Assembly: GCF_009914755.1 (NCBI RefSeq)
Contig: NC_060927.1
Source: the human T2T-CHM13v2.0 reference genome, Homo sapiens
Reading direction: 5' to 3' (one strand)
Length of the DNA: 64,000 bases
The stretch's first letter is position 1; each line of letters starts with the position of its first letter. The translations under genes and the position numbers were made by a program. The notes below the pieces were generated by a model, which saw only the letters and a program-made list of their open reading frames with translations, did not search any database and had not been told where the DNA came from. This document shows positions 19,363-38,613 of the stretch, piece after piece.

Positions 19363-20807
19363 GTGAGTAACAATATTTAAAAACCACATGAGTTAATGTG
19401 GAGGGAGACAGTAAATGAGTCCATTAAATAAGGTTTCTATACCTGGCCTTAAAATACTTTAAGAAAAAAATATGCACTCAGGCTTCATTTTGGTTTACCT
19501 CATGGGTCAGCCAGGTGATTGAGAGCCAACGCTGCAGGGGTTGGTCTCTTCCTGCTGTGTGTGTGGAAAGCCTTATTACAGATGCATCAGGAGGCAGCTT
19601 AGTGGAGTGGGTTGAACACAGGCTTTGGAGGAAAGCTGATACCAAATCTACCTCCAGGTGTGCCACTAAGAGAGAGCTATGATGCCTGAGGATACACGTA
19701 GCCTCTCAGCCACAGGGTCCTCATCTGTGATCTACTTAATCACCTTACTTATATATTGCTCCTGAGGATTACATGAGCCTACTCCCTGTCTTCTTAGCCC
19801 CTCTACTTTCTTTTGGGATAAGGTCCTTTGCCAAGCCTCTGTGTAGCTGGGATTCTAAAGAGAAAGCTATTGCTCCTGGATGTGTGGGGCAGCCAGGGAA
19901 GGTCTCAGGCCCCTCCTTTCCACTCCCATAGACAGAATTTTGGGGGTTTTCAGGGACCAGTCAGCATGGAGGTCACTTCCCTAGCTAGTGGTGAAAACAT
20001 GAAGACCAGGACTCAAGATGGGCAGCACAAAGAAATCCAAGGAGAGTGGAGTTAGGCTTAAGCCACAGTAGGAAAATGGAGCTTAGCAGAGCAAGGCATG
20101 CAACTTGCATGCAACTTGCATGGCAAGGCTGGTGGCCGAGGACCCAGGACTGCAGGCTTCCGCTGAGTATGCTGCATGGTTCTGTCATCTTTTGCATAGT
20201 TTTCTAGGAACTCTGAAAACCAATATATTTCAGTATTGCTGTTGACGTTTCTGGGAACAGGAATCCACAAAATTCACTGGAGAATAAATGGAAATGTATT
20301 TTTTGAGAAATTAGAAATATCAACCTAATTTCTGCCTGGTGTGATGTTTTTATTTTATCTAATGATACTGCTCTTTGCCCAAAGTGAATAAATAAATCAC
20401 TGACTTGGTGTGGGACTGGCCCACATTGCCAAGCTGTCCTTTTTCTCAATGATGAATATTTTTACTCAGAGCAATGACTGAAATCAGTTTTCTTGTGAAC
20501 ACAGCTGTAGCTGCAAACACAATATTCAACTGGATAGCAGTTTGATTAGTAGCATATCTGAATATTAGTCCCTGACCTTCATCAGTTTTGTCTTTAAAAA
20601 GCTTTCATTTTCTTCAGTTGCTTCTAACATGCATATCTGCTCTTACATTAGACTGCTAAAAGGAGAGTTTGCTAGCATAATATAAAATTGACACCCATTA
20701 AACAGTTTGCAGAAGCTATTCAGACTTGAGTTGGAAATTAGAAGGGTTCCTCTACAAATTGTGGCATAGGAAATGCATTCTATTAAGGGCCCACTTGAAG
20801 GTGGGCA

Positions 20808-21335
20808 TTTCTTTTTTCTTTTTCTTTCTTTTTTTTTTTTTTTTTTTTTGAGGCAGAGTCTTGCTCTGTTGCCCAGGTTGGAGTGCAGTGGTGCCGCGTC
20901 TTGGCTCACTGCAGCCTCCGCCTCCCAGGTTCAAGCAATTCTCCCTGCCTCAGCCTCCCAAGTAGCTGGGATTACAGGTGCCTGCCACCACACCTGGCTA
21001 ATTTTTGTGTTTTTAATAGAGGCCGGGTTTTGCCATGTTGGGCAAGTGATCCACCCATCTCGGCTTCCCAAAGTGCTGGGATTACAGACGTGAGCCACCA
21101 CCCCCGGCCCAAAGATGGGCATTTTTTTATCCTTGAAAGAGTCTATTTTGTTAGCAGCATGAAGTAAAAACCAGCTGGGCACGGTGGCTTATGCCTGTAA
21201 TTCCAGCACTTTGGCAGGCTGGGGCGAGTGGTTTGCTTGAGCCCAGGATGAGTCCAGACTGGGCAACATAATGAGGCTTCATCTCTACAAAAAATAATAA
21301 AATAATAACATAAAATAATAGCATAAAATTAATAA
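20808..21335. mobile_element. Antisense Alu (20808-21110) and sense FLAM-like monomer (21173-21335)
   Basis: Alu consensus in opposite orientations, ~60 nt apart. Confidence 0.85.
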
Positions 21336-21628
21336 AATGGCCCAGAAGGCTCATGGGTGCTTCCATAGGCCACATAGGTGCTGTGCTGCAGTTTTTTTTA
21401 GCAGGGAATACCACCCATCGTGAGGTCTTTTTTATGCCTCTAGATTTGACATGGCATGGTTTGGCTTTATTCCTTCTCTCTGGCCGAAAAGTCCACTGTG
21501 AAAGCTGAGCTAGATGAACCTAGCACCAGAGTCATCCTCCCTGCAGTAATGGATTTGGGGTTTTCCCTTGTGGTTTTTATTGATTGGAATTGTTTCTCTA
21601 AACACAAATATTTATGTTGTGATTTAAG

Positions 21629-21776
21629 CTGTGCAGAGTGAACGGAAGCCCTTCGATGTGCAACGGGAGAAACCAAGCAATTGTGCTGCTTCAACTGAGA
21701 AAATCTATATCCGGAAAGACCTGAGAAGTCCCCTGATAGCTACTCCCACGTTTGTGGCAGACAAAGATGGAGCAAG
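21629..21776 (+). CDS. NR2C2: NR2C2 exon, T-box/hinge (SVQSERKP...ADKDGA)
   Basis: tttaag| acceptor, AG|gtcagt donor, 148 nt, frame-consistent. Confidence 0.96.
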
Positions 21777-22543
21777 GTCAGTCCCTTGTTCTCACTGCAA
21801 TCAGCCTTTGCAGCTGATGGAGGAGGCACAGACGTGTCCCACAGCAGGCACTGTTGTGGCTTCCCACCCATCTGCCATAGCCTCCAGCGTTGTGTTGCCT
21901 AATTCTGCCCCTTCTGGAGCTGCTCAGTCACACCTCTGGACAGGCCTGAGGATGCCTGATTTATGAAGGGGTCAGAAATTCTCCTAGCCTTGAATTCAGA
22001 TTATGTCCTGCAATTTAGGCATCATTCATACGGAAGACAATTATTTTATGATTCAAGATTGGGGCATTTCTGCAGTACACACAAAAGGCCCAAGGTGAGA
22101 TAAGGTCTCAGTGCTACAGTTAATTTGTATATTCTTTTTAATATAATCTATTGAACTTACTTTAAAAGGAACGGAAAGAGGGGAAAACAAGCAATCCAAA
22201 ATGTATCAGAGAGAGAGCTGGAGTTGAGGATGCCTTGCTGATTTTCTGAAAATCAAGTTAACTTTTCTAGGCAGAATGGCCACAGTCTGCAGTCATCCTG
22301 GAAAGCCCTGGGGGATGCATCTGCATTTCATCCTGTCTCAAGCTGTAAACCTGACTTTATGTATATCTCATTGCAGAGAGACAGGGGTGGGGGTTCTGCT
22401 TAGTCACTAAGCGGCTGAGTCTACTTAGAGCTTTTCTACTATTCAGACAGCTTCACAAATGTGGAAGGACAGGTAAATGCAGCATGATCATACTGTGCAT
22501 AAAATGTTGGAAGCTACTCTGAGTTTCTTTATGTCTTAAATAG

Positions 22544-22637
22544 ACAAACAGGTCTTCTTGATCCAGGGATGCTTGTGAACATCCAGCAGCCTTTGATACG
22601 TGAGGATGGTACAGTTCTCCTGGCCACGGATTCTAAG
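22544..22637 (+). CDS. NR2C2: NR2C2 hinge exon (QTGLLDPGMLVNIQQPLIREDGTVLLATDSK)
   Basis: aaatag| acceptor, AAG|gtgacg donor, 94 nt, frame-consistent. Confidence 0.95.
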
Positions 22638-24029
22638 GTGACGTTCTCTACTCATGCTCTCTCTCATCCTTTATGTTGACATTGCAGGCTGCTTCTCTAA
22701 CTGTGTGCACCACTTTCTTCCTGGCCTTCAGAGACCACATCAAAAGCATGACCTATGTCTCGGTCTCCTTATTGTTGTGATAGCTATCTTGTGATTTGTT
22801 TTAGAGATGCTGATGGCTTCTCAGATCAGAGCTGGCTGGTCATAATCACTGTAACATGTCAGTCTAGATGTCAATTTGGTGGACATTCAGTGGTTCTCTT
22901 TTCTGTTATAGTTTTCTTTTTCTCTTATACACATTGGCAAACTACTAGCCAAGGAAAGAAATACTTATCAGATGGCCTTTTTGCAAAAGCCCCGGGTTCC
23001 TTTTTATTAGATGATCTTCAGGAGGAAGCTCAGCCAGGAATCTATCAGTTCCAAAACTTTGCTAGAGCAGATCAGTCATAGGGATTTAACTTGTGGACAG
23101 AGATGTTCGTCAGTCCAAAAGGGGGAGACTTGCTGGCTCCTGTGAAGATAACCAAGGAGGGGGATTTTTTCCAGGCCAGGGAACTCACTGTTTGTCTCAT
23201 CCTGGTGCTCCTGATGTAAACCAAGTAATGAGGAAGTAGTAGCAGCAAGCCACAACTCTAAGAGGGTGACTTGGTAATTGAGAACACTGGCATTGCTGCA
23301 ACCATTAGAACCAGAGCAAGGCCTGCAGGCTTCCTCCTCATCTGTTCACAGTCTCATTCATGGGTGTACTCAGGGCATTACAGGGCATCCTCTTTTGGGA
23401 AAGAGAAGACAAAATTTAGAGCCCTTGCCTGTCATGGAGAGCTGCCCTGCATGCCTTGGTCCTCAGGCTGGGCCTTGCACCTTCTGTCTTTGGGCAGGGG
23501 CCACATGCATGATGGGAGCTGATGGATCACGCATCGTGGGCTTAGCTTATCAGCAGCACACATTCTAGAACAGTGGCTCTGACTGCATGGTCAAATGCAG
23601 AGAAAGCGTAAGCCTGAAAGTAAGGCCCAGATAACCTTAAAAACAGATTACCAAGGGATTCACAGCAACCATTCTATTGGGCCATCCACACACAGACTGG
23701 GAATGAGAACCAAGACTCCAGAACTGGCTAGAACTGGGTTCAGAGTCTGACAGTGCTCTTCGTAGCCACATGCTTCTTTCCTGCACTTGTAAATTTCTTG
23801 GTACACAGTGAGCATTCAATAAATGTTAATGGTTAGGAATTAGTTATTGTCACTTTGGAGGAGAATGACCACAAAGCTGTATGGTATTTCAGGAATCAAG
23901 AGAAAGAGCTTCAGAGGCAGACTGTGTCCTACCCCATTCCTTCCTGTGTACAATGGAAACAACAATACCCCCCACAGAAGTTTGATACGAATAATAAAAC
24001 ATATGCAAAGCACCCACAGGAAGCTACTT

Positions 24030-26930
<2,901 letters not shown>

Positions 26931-27014
26931 TGAACCAGCATTATAACTTCATTGGCCTGAGAGTCATTTGCGTATCTGTGTTCATTTTTAATGTCAGTAT
27001 TTTTTGTTTAATAG

Positions 27015-27148
27015 GCTGAAACAAGCCAGGGAGCTCTGGGCACACTGGCAAATGTAGTGACCTCCCTTGCCAACCTAAGTGAATCTTTGAACAACGGTGA
27101 CACTTCAGAAATCCAGCCAGAGGACCAGTCTGCAAGTGAGATAACTCG
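27015..27148 (+). CDS. NR2C2: NR2C2 hinge exon (AETSQGALGTLANVVTSLANL...EIT)
   Basis: tttaatag| acceptor, CG|gtacga donor, 134 nt. Confidence 0.96.
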
Positions 27149-27525
27149 GTACGAGCCCATGAGGATGGAGTCTCCCCTCCTCGCCTGGACACCCTCCCTC
27201 TATTGTGAGGGTGGAAAACAGCATTTTGGTACCTGTGCTGTATTTAACTAAGGATGATAAAATTGTTACAATGACCCTGCTCATCTGTCTTCTTTCAAAT
27301 TTTAACTGTGGGAACATAGACCCACCTATGTTATACAGTATAAAACAATCAAAACTTCTTTTCATTCCCAACCATGGAAAAGGAAATTGAGTAAATCAGT
27401 AGACATAGGAGGAAAACTCTAGTGGACAGCGGTTATTTGTATTAATTACTGTTTAATAATGCGTCTGCATATTAAGAGTTCATTCCCTTTCCTACTTCTA
27501 TTTTAACCTATTTTTCTCATCTATA

Positions 27526-28221
27526 TTTTTCTTTTTTCTTTTTTTTTTTTTTTAATAGAGATGGAGTCTCACCATGTTGCCTAGGCTGGTCTAGAACTCT
27601 TGGGCTCAAGTGATCTTCCCGCCTCAGCATCCCAAAGTGCTGGGTTTACAGGCGTGCGCCACCACCCCCACCCAGCCCTCATGTATATTTTTTCTGAGTA
27701 ATGAATTCAGAGCTTAAATCCACCAGGGTAACTAGAGTGATAGTGGCTGATAGATAGTGATAGTATGAGCTAATGCCAGATGCCGATAACTGCTACTAAG
27801 GATGTTTCTTCTCTGCAGTTTGGCTCTTGTGCTCTGCTCCTAACATGCCAGACCAGCCAGATACAAAGCTGGAGACTATACAAGTGTTCCAGTCCTTTGT
27901 TCACTTGTGGTCTGATAACAAATAAGATCTAGGTACCGTGGAAAGTGGGTGGGATTTGAATTAGGTAGAATTCTGGTTCTACCACTTACTATATGGATGG
28001 TCTTGGAAAAGTTATTTAACAACTGTAAGCTCAGCATTCACATCTGTAAAATGGAAGATAATTTTTAACTTTGGAGGGTACTTGTGAAAAATAGAAATTG
28101 GGCCTAGGTGCAGTGGCTCACAGCTATAATCCCAGCACTTAGAGAAGCTGAGACAAGAGGATCACTTGATCCCAGGGGTTTGAGACCAGCTGAGACCCAT
28201 CTCTGAAAAAGTAAATAAATA

Positions 28222-28276
<55 letters not shown>

Positions 28277-28594
28277 TAGATAGACCCCATCTCTGAAAGA
28301 GAGAAAGAAAAAGAGAAAGAGACAAAGAGAAAAGGAAGGAAGGAAGGAAGGAAAGAGAGAAAAGGAAGGAAAAGAGAGAAAGAAAAGAAAAGAAAGAAAT
28401 TGTCCATAAAGTTAGATAATACATAGCTCAGTGCCTAAGATGATGTGTAGATAATACATACAAGTTTTCATTGTTTGCCGGATGCAGTGGCTCACGTGTG
28501 TAATCCCAGCACTTTGAGAGGCCAAGGCAGGTAGATCACCTGCAGTCAATAGTTTGAGACCAGCCTGGCCAACATAGTGAAACCCCATCTCTAC
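27526..28594. mobile_element. FLAM (-, 27526-27677), MIR (~27935-28470) interrupted by a FLAM (+, ~28101-28220), Alu left arm (+, 28477-28594)
   Basis: Monomeric Alu and MIR consensus blocks. Confidence 0.7.
28223..28284 (+). repeat. (TAGA)13 TA (TAGA)2 tetranucleotide microsatellite followed by a GA-rich tract to ~28398
   Basis: Read directly from the sequence. Confidence 0.95.
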
Positions 28595-28707
28595 GGTAGA
28601 ATTTAATTATCTTTTCCCACTGTAGTTTTTCTAAATCATAGCTAGAATTCTGTTCCCCCTAAAAGCTGTAGATTCACAACAATTACATGCTTCATTTTTG
28701 CTCACAG

Positions 28708-28885
28708 GGCATTTGATACCTTAGCTAAAGCACTTAATACCACAGACAGCTCCTCTTCTCCAAGCTTGGCAGATGGGATAGACACCAGTGGAGGAGGGAG
28801 CATCCACGTCATCAGCAGAGACCAGTCGACACCCATCATTGAGGTTGAAGGCCCCCTCCTTTCAGACACACACGTCACATTTAAG
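28708..28885 (+). CDS. NR2C2: NR2C2 exon (AFDTLAKAL...EGPLLSDTHVTFK)
   Basis: ctcacag| acceptor, AAG|gtgagt donor, 178 nt. Confidence 0.97.
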
Positions 28886-28978
28886 GTGAGTGAATTCAGC
28901 CTAACCATGTGCCCCCAACCTGCTGGGGGATAGGTTCTGTACCAAAGCCGATCTGCAGTTTTAAAAATCAAACCTTGG

Positions 28979-30477
<1,499 letters not shown>

Positions 30478-30811
30478 TAATTTAGACCTTAACCTATGGC
30501 TCAAAATGGAATTGCCATAGAACAAATAACAGTTTAGCTGAGGCAAGACTTGAGGAGTATGTTTTTGTGGGGGTGGGCTGGGAAGATCCCCTTAGGCTTA
30601 TGGACCACATTCCAAGGCCCATTAGACCCTAGTTCACTGAGCAAGAAAACATGGGGAGTCCGTGCAAGCCCCCCGACTGCATGGGACTTCAGAATCAGAC
30701 AGCAACTCTAGATGCCACTGCTATTGAAGCATGACAGGGATACATGTTGACAGACAAAGCCATCCCCTGTCCTTCCTTCACCTCCTGTGCCATGTGCCTC
30801 CTCTTTTCCAG

Positions 30812-30933
30812 CTAACAATGCCCAGTCCAATGCCAGAGTACCTCAACGTGCACTACATCTGTGAGTCTGCATCCCGTCTGCTTTTCCTCTCAATGCACTG
30901 GGCTCGGTCAATCCCAGCCTTTCAGGCACTTGG
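30812..30933 (+). CDS. NR2C2: NR2C2 ligand-binding-domain exon (LTMPSPMPEYLNVHYICESASRLLFLSMHWARSIPAFQAL)
   Basis: LBD helix-3 signature WARSIPAF; ttttccag| acceptor, GG|gtaagt donor, 122 nt. Confidence 0.98.
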
Positions 30934-32073
30934 GTAAGTGGCCTCTTGCTGTGCATGTATCCTCGGGCAGGAGCCTTCCTCTCCCTAGGAATGACCTGGA
31001 AGAACTCTGAGGGCCTGTCTAGTTTGACTGTTTCTATGACCTCATTCAAAGGACCCTGAGTTTTTTATTAAATATAGTTAGTGGACTGGTAGCAGGATTA
31101 CCAGTTGCCAGTTCTGCAATGTTCCTCTAAACTTTATGGAGCCTCCTAGATACACCAAGGATTTGGTGCTAGGAGCTGGGGATGGAGAAGAATGTAGAAG
31201 GCAAGGGTAGTCCCCAGCACTGTGCTATGCACAGTGTGACTCAACAAACTGAAGCCAGGCCGGGAACTGTGCCTAGGCCTTAATAAGGTGAATGTGAATC
31301 AGCTGTTTCCTCAAACATGGATTTACAATCTCACACAAGCCACAGTGCCAATTGGCACATTGAGTAGTACAGAACCTGGTGTCATCTCTACAGGAAACCC
31401 CCCCCCCTTTTCTTGCTTTCTTGAGTACCACTTGTGTATGTTTCTCCTCTAAATACCAGCATCGGCTCTGCCAGTGTGCCAAGTGCTGTGCAGCTGGTGC
31501 AGCTGCCACCGTGCCATCAGGTGGCTGGCAGTCTGGTTGAAAGATAAGTAACCATATAAAAATGGAAATACAATGAGAGTCATTGCATATTGCAGAGTAA
31601 CCATCCTTAGGTAATATGTGGAAAACACTAGAATGGAGGGCAGGGTTGTCTAGTAGTTGACACTATTGTCTTTGGGGCAAACAGACCTGGTTGTCGGGCC
31701 ATAAGAATAGTGCTTGTCAGCTGTGTGGCCTTGTGCAAGTCACTTTACCTCTCTGAGCCTCCAGTTTCTCATTGTAGAATCCTCGCGTGGGTTTCAGATC
31801 TATAAAGCTCTTAACCCAGTGCCTGGCATGCAAGGGACTCAGCAGAAGGCAGTGTGGTTCTGTGGGTCAGGTGGTGTGGGATGTGTCCTGAGTAGTTGTT
31901 AGAATGGTCACCTCCCTCCATGATTAAAGGAAAGGCAGTCAGAATTGTCCCATTCTCCAGGGAGAATTAGACAGGTAGTGACTGCTAAACAAGTATTAGG
32001 AGTTTCATTGTTAGCTCTTTGGGAGAATGGCCTACCCCTTGCTACTATCTGGTAGGTGGTGTAACCTCAGGCT

Positions 32074-32104
<31 letters not shown>

Positions 32105-33102
32105 ACCACAGTCCACAGTTAATAGTACTGATAGGTACCTGAGATTTTTTAAATGAGGTTAAAACATTGTTACCCACTGCCCTGAGTGTACTTTTTCTAG
32201 TTGGGTAATTTGGAACCTCCTCCACAGAGTTTCTCAGTCCGGGCTAGATAAAATGTGCTACCACATTTAAAGTGGTTTCATTTACGTTTCATGTACTGTT
32301 TTTCATAAGTTAGTGTTCAGGGCAGTGATCATAGTAAAATACTAGATGTGCATCTGGGGCATTTGGGAATGACCCAGTGCAGTAGCCCTGGTTCTCACTG
32401 CCGTCCTGTGGCTGGGCCACACTTAAGGCAACTGGAAGAAACAGCTTTGTCAAGACAGCCCAGTTTCTCCGGCCTCCTGAAATCTTGAGACAGGTGAGGG
32501 AATGCAATTTAGGGGTTTCTGAGAATAAGGATGTATTGTTTTGTGATGTGCCAACTTTGCTGACTAACTGAGTAGAAGTTAGCCAGGGCAAGGCTGGAAG
32601 CGGCCTTAGCTGGACCCTCATCCTCCCTGCTTCAGTCTCGGATCCAGCACAAAGCCTGCCTCCTGCCCTGCAGGGTTGCAGGGCATGTTTCTGCCCTTCA
32701 GAATCTGTACTCATCTCCGTCTTTTGGTCCCCGTAGCCTCTCATGACCTTGGCTGCAGGACCTAAGTAACTGATACCATCTCTTGGGACAGTCAGTCCAG
32801 GATGCTGAGGCTTTTGAAGGCTGTAGGTAATGATGGTTTGGCCATACCTATTAACATTTTTTTATTATTTAAAGAATGTTTTTTAAGAGAATAGTTGATC
32901 ATTAGAAGGATTTTAGTTAAAACATTCATAGACTTATTCATAGACTTCATCCTTTTCTTGAAGAATGATCCTGGATAGCACTTCAATAAACACTTGCTGA
33001 ATTCACCTGTTTGGGAAATGCTGGGACTTAGTGCCTGGATGCCCCACAACCTTGGAGAAATGCCAACACACACCACACTCAGACTCCTTTCTATATTCCT
33101 AG

Positions 33103-33242
33103 GCAGGACTGCAACACCAGCCTTGTGCGGGCCTGCTGGAATGAGCTCTTCACCCTCGGCCTGGCCCAGTGTGCCCAGGTCATGAGTCTCTCCACCATCC
33201 TGGCTGCCATTGTCAACCACCTGCAGAACAGCATCCAGGAAG
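33103..33242 (+). CDS. NR2C2: NR2C2 LBD exon (QDCNTSLVRACWNELFTLGLAQ...NSIQE)
   Basis: attcctag| acceptor, G|gtaggg donor, 140 nt. Confidence 0.97.
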
Positions 33243-33443
33243 GTAGGGCACAGGGACTTGGGGCTGGGGTGTGTCTTGGTTCAGCCTGGTGGCCATGGAG
33301 CAGAGCCCAGCCCCCTGGTTGGAGGCTCATGTCAAAGACACCTTTGTTGACCCAGGCTGGCAACATAGCAAATTGGATAGCCTCAGTTTCCCACAGCATC
33401 CATAGGCTGAGAGAAGTTTGACTGTTAAGGTATGGAACCTTTG

Positions 33444-36009
<2,566 letters not shown>

Positions 36010-36422
36010 TTGTTTTGACAACTAAAAATTACCAGCATTTAATGTTCAGGTGCCTGCAGAGACTTAAAAAACCTAACCAAGTATATAAGCTGTGAGTCTT
36101 CAGAATAAAGGAATTATTACTCAGGTACACAATAAAAGAAATTCACAATGTACACCTACAGGCCAGCTGCCTGGCAGCAGGGTCAGGGAGAATCACTGGT
36201 CTAGGGATTTGTTATTGAGGCAGAACCCATATTGGAGCAGAATTTGGGTACCTCTTGTCACTTCATCTGCAGCTGGAAAATGAAGCTCTTGTTCACCTTG
36301 AGATTACTGATTTTTCATTAAAAAGTGAAATGGTCCCATTTCTTTCCATATGTGGCCCCTCAAATAAGCTGGTTTTATTGTTCTTACCAGCCTTTCTCAG
36401 GATCTGTGATGTTGGTTTCTAG

Positions 36423-36560
36423 ATAAACTTTCTGGTGACCGGATAAAGCAAGTCATGGAGCACATCTGGAAGCTGCAGGAGTTCTGTAACAGCATGGCGA
36501 AGCTGGATATAGATGGCTATGAGTATGCATACCTTAAAGCTATAGTTCTCTTTAGCCCCG
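36423..36560 (+). CDS. NR2C2: NR2C2 LBD exon (DKLSGDRIK...EYAYLKAIVLFSP)
   Basis: EYAYLKAIVLF motif; tttctag| acceptor, G|gtaaga donor, 138 nt. Confidence 0.98.
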
Positions 36561-37544
36561 GTAAGATATGCGGTGGGGATGCATGACCCCTTTCCACCTG
36601 TATCTACTGATGTTTCTGAACGTGAACATGTTGTCATCATTGGTGTAGAAAGAGCCCTGCAGATTGTATGTGACCTAGTGTTCTTATGATAGGTGTTTTG
36701 CTAGATAAATACATAAACGCTTTTAAATTCTTGCCTTTACAGCCCCAAAGAAATATGCTGCAGTGCCTGATGATGTCACGCACTGAATAGATTTAATCTG
36801 TGTCCTAATTAAACCATTGGCCAAACAAGACTACACCATACAAAAGTGTGCTGCCACCCGATGTCCTTTCTTTTTTTTCCGGCCCTTTGCCAGTTTCCAA
36901 GTTTTGTTAGCGCATATAATCCAGTACACATTGAAGTTCCACTTGTTTGCCCACAGACTGTGTATAGCACTGCAGAGCATGCTAAAAGGTATGTTCGCAG
37001 GAGATGAAGAGGCAGCAATCACGATGCCTGGGCTGGCCTCACTCCCCTTATTAACTGTTCTCTCAAGTCCTCTGGAAAAGTCACTTAGGCTAATTGTTCA
37101 CCTCACAGTAAGGGGTTGGACACAGCTTAACCTTTTTGTCTTCCTTCCCAGCCCTTCACTCACAAACAACAAAATAGCTAATAAAATTGGGACAAATTAT
37201 ATAATTATTTAGAAAGTAAATGACAATTTGTAATTTTATGTGATAGTTTTTAAAACTATGTGTTTTCTAGGGTAGTAGGAAGCCAGATGTCCAGAACCAA
37301 TCATGTGGGGCTGTTCAGACTGGGATCCACTCAGGGTCCCCGACCCGCTCCCAGGAACTTCAGGCCTGGGCAGAAAACAGAGGAAAAGCCAGTGTTCTAA
37401 TAATACCCAAACTAGATCAGTCTTTGAGTTCAATTTGTTGTACTTAAGAAGTTTGCAGAAGTTTGACTAAAAGTACTAAGAAGTCTACAAGTGAGACTTT
37501 TCAAATACAGAGGGAACTGGGGGGGGGTACTTTTCTGTTTTCAG

Positions 37545-37650
37545 ATCATCCAGGTTTGACCAGCACAAGCCAGATTGAAAAATTCCAAGAAAAGGCACAG
37601 ATGGAGTTGCAGGACTATGTTCAGAAAACCTACTCAGAAGACACCTACCG
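37545..37650 (+). CDS. NR2C2: NR2C2 LBD exon (DHPGLTSTSQIEKFQEKAQMELQDYVQKTYSEDTY)
   Basis: ctgttttcag| acceptor, CG|gtgagg donor, 106 nt. Confidence 0.97.
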
Positions 37651-38290
37651 GTGAGGCATTCAGGCATATGCGCTCTTGCTTGGGGCTGCAAGGAGTGTGG
37701 CTGAGTCTGCAGTTTCTAATATAAATTATGTTAACCTTTCCATTTTTAGCAGCCTGATAGAGCCTCCATTGGATCACACTCTAATTCTTGAGTTTTCTTT
37801 GTTTTTTCCAAGCTCCCAAGAGCTAGAGATAATTCTTGAATGCTAGAGGTGGTGTAGAGTGTAGACAGTGCCAGCAGGAGGGCCAGGACTGTGGCTGATT
37901 CCAGTTTTGCTGTGTGACTGTGAGCGAGGCCTCAGATTGCTACTCTTTAATTGGAGGAGTTGGAACAGATGCTGTGTGGCCTGTTCTGGGGCTAACACTG
38001 TACATGAGGCTTGAGTTCTCATGGAGATTCCTTTGTCCAGAATAGTTTGAAAGGTCTGCTCCTCTGGTCAGCATCCATTGAAGAGGCAGTGCTAGAGTAC
38101 TTGACAGAAAAGTGCTTATTGACAGAAAATTCTTATTGACAGAAATCAAATCTGACCCCTATAAAGGAGTGGATGAGTTATATAAAGTCATTTTACCCTC
38201 AGATAAACTAATGGAAAAAAGTTTGTTTGGGTGCAAATTAGTGGTATTATTTGTAATTAATGTGCAGTAAAAATATGTGTATAAAAATTA

Positions 38291-38613
38291 GGACCGGGCA
38301 CGGTGGCTCACGCCTGTAATCCCAGCACTTTGGGAGGCTGAGGCGGGTGGATCAGGAGGTCACGAGTTCAAGACCAGCCTGGCCAAGATGGTGAAACCCC
38401 GTCTCTACTAAAAATATTTAAAAAAAAATTAGCCAGGCACGGTGGTAGGCGCCTGTAATCCCAGCTACTGGGGAGGCTGAGGCAGGAGAATCTCTTGAAC
38501 CTGGTAGGGTGGGCAGAGGTTGCAGTGAGCTGAGATCACGCCACTGCACTCCAGCCTGGGTGACAGAGTGAGACTCCTTCTCAAAAAACAAAAAAAAAAA
38601 CAACAAAAAAAAA
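38291..38613 (+). mobile_element. AluS
   Basis: Dimeric Alu. Confidence 0.88.
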
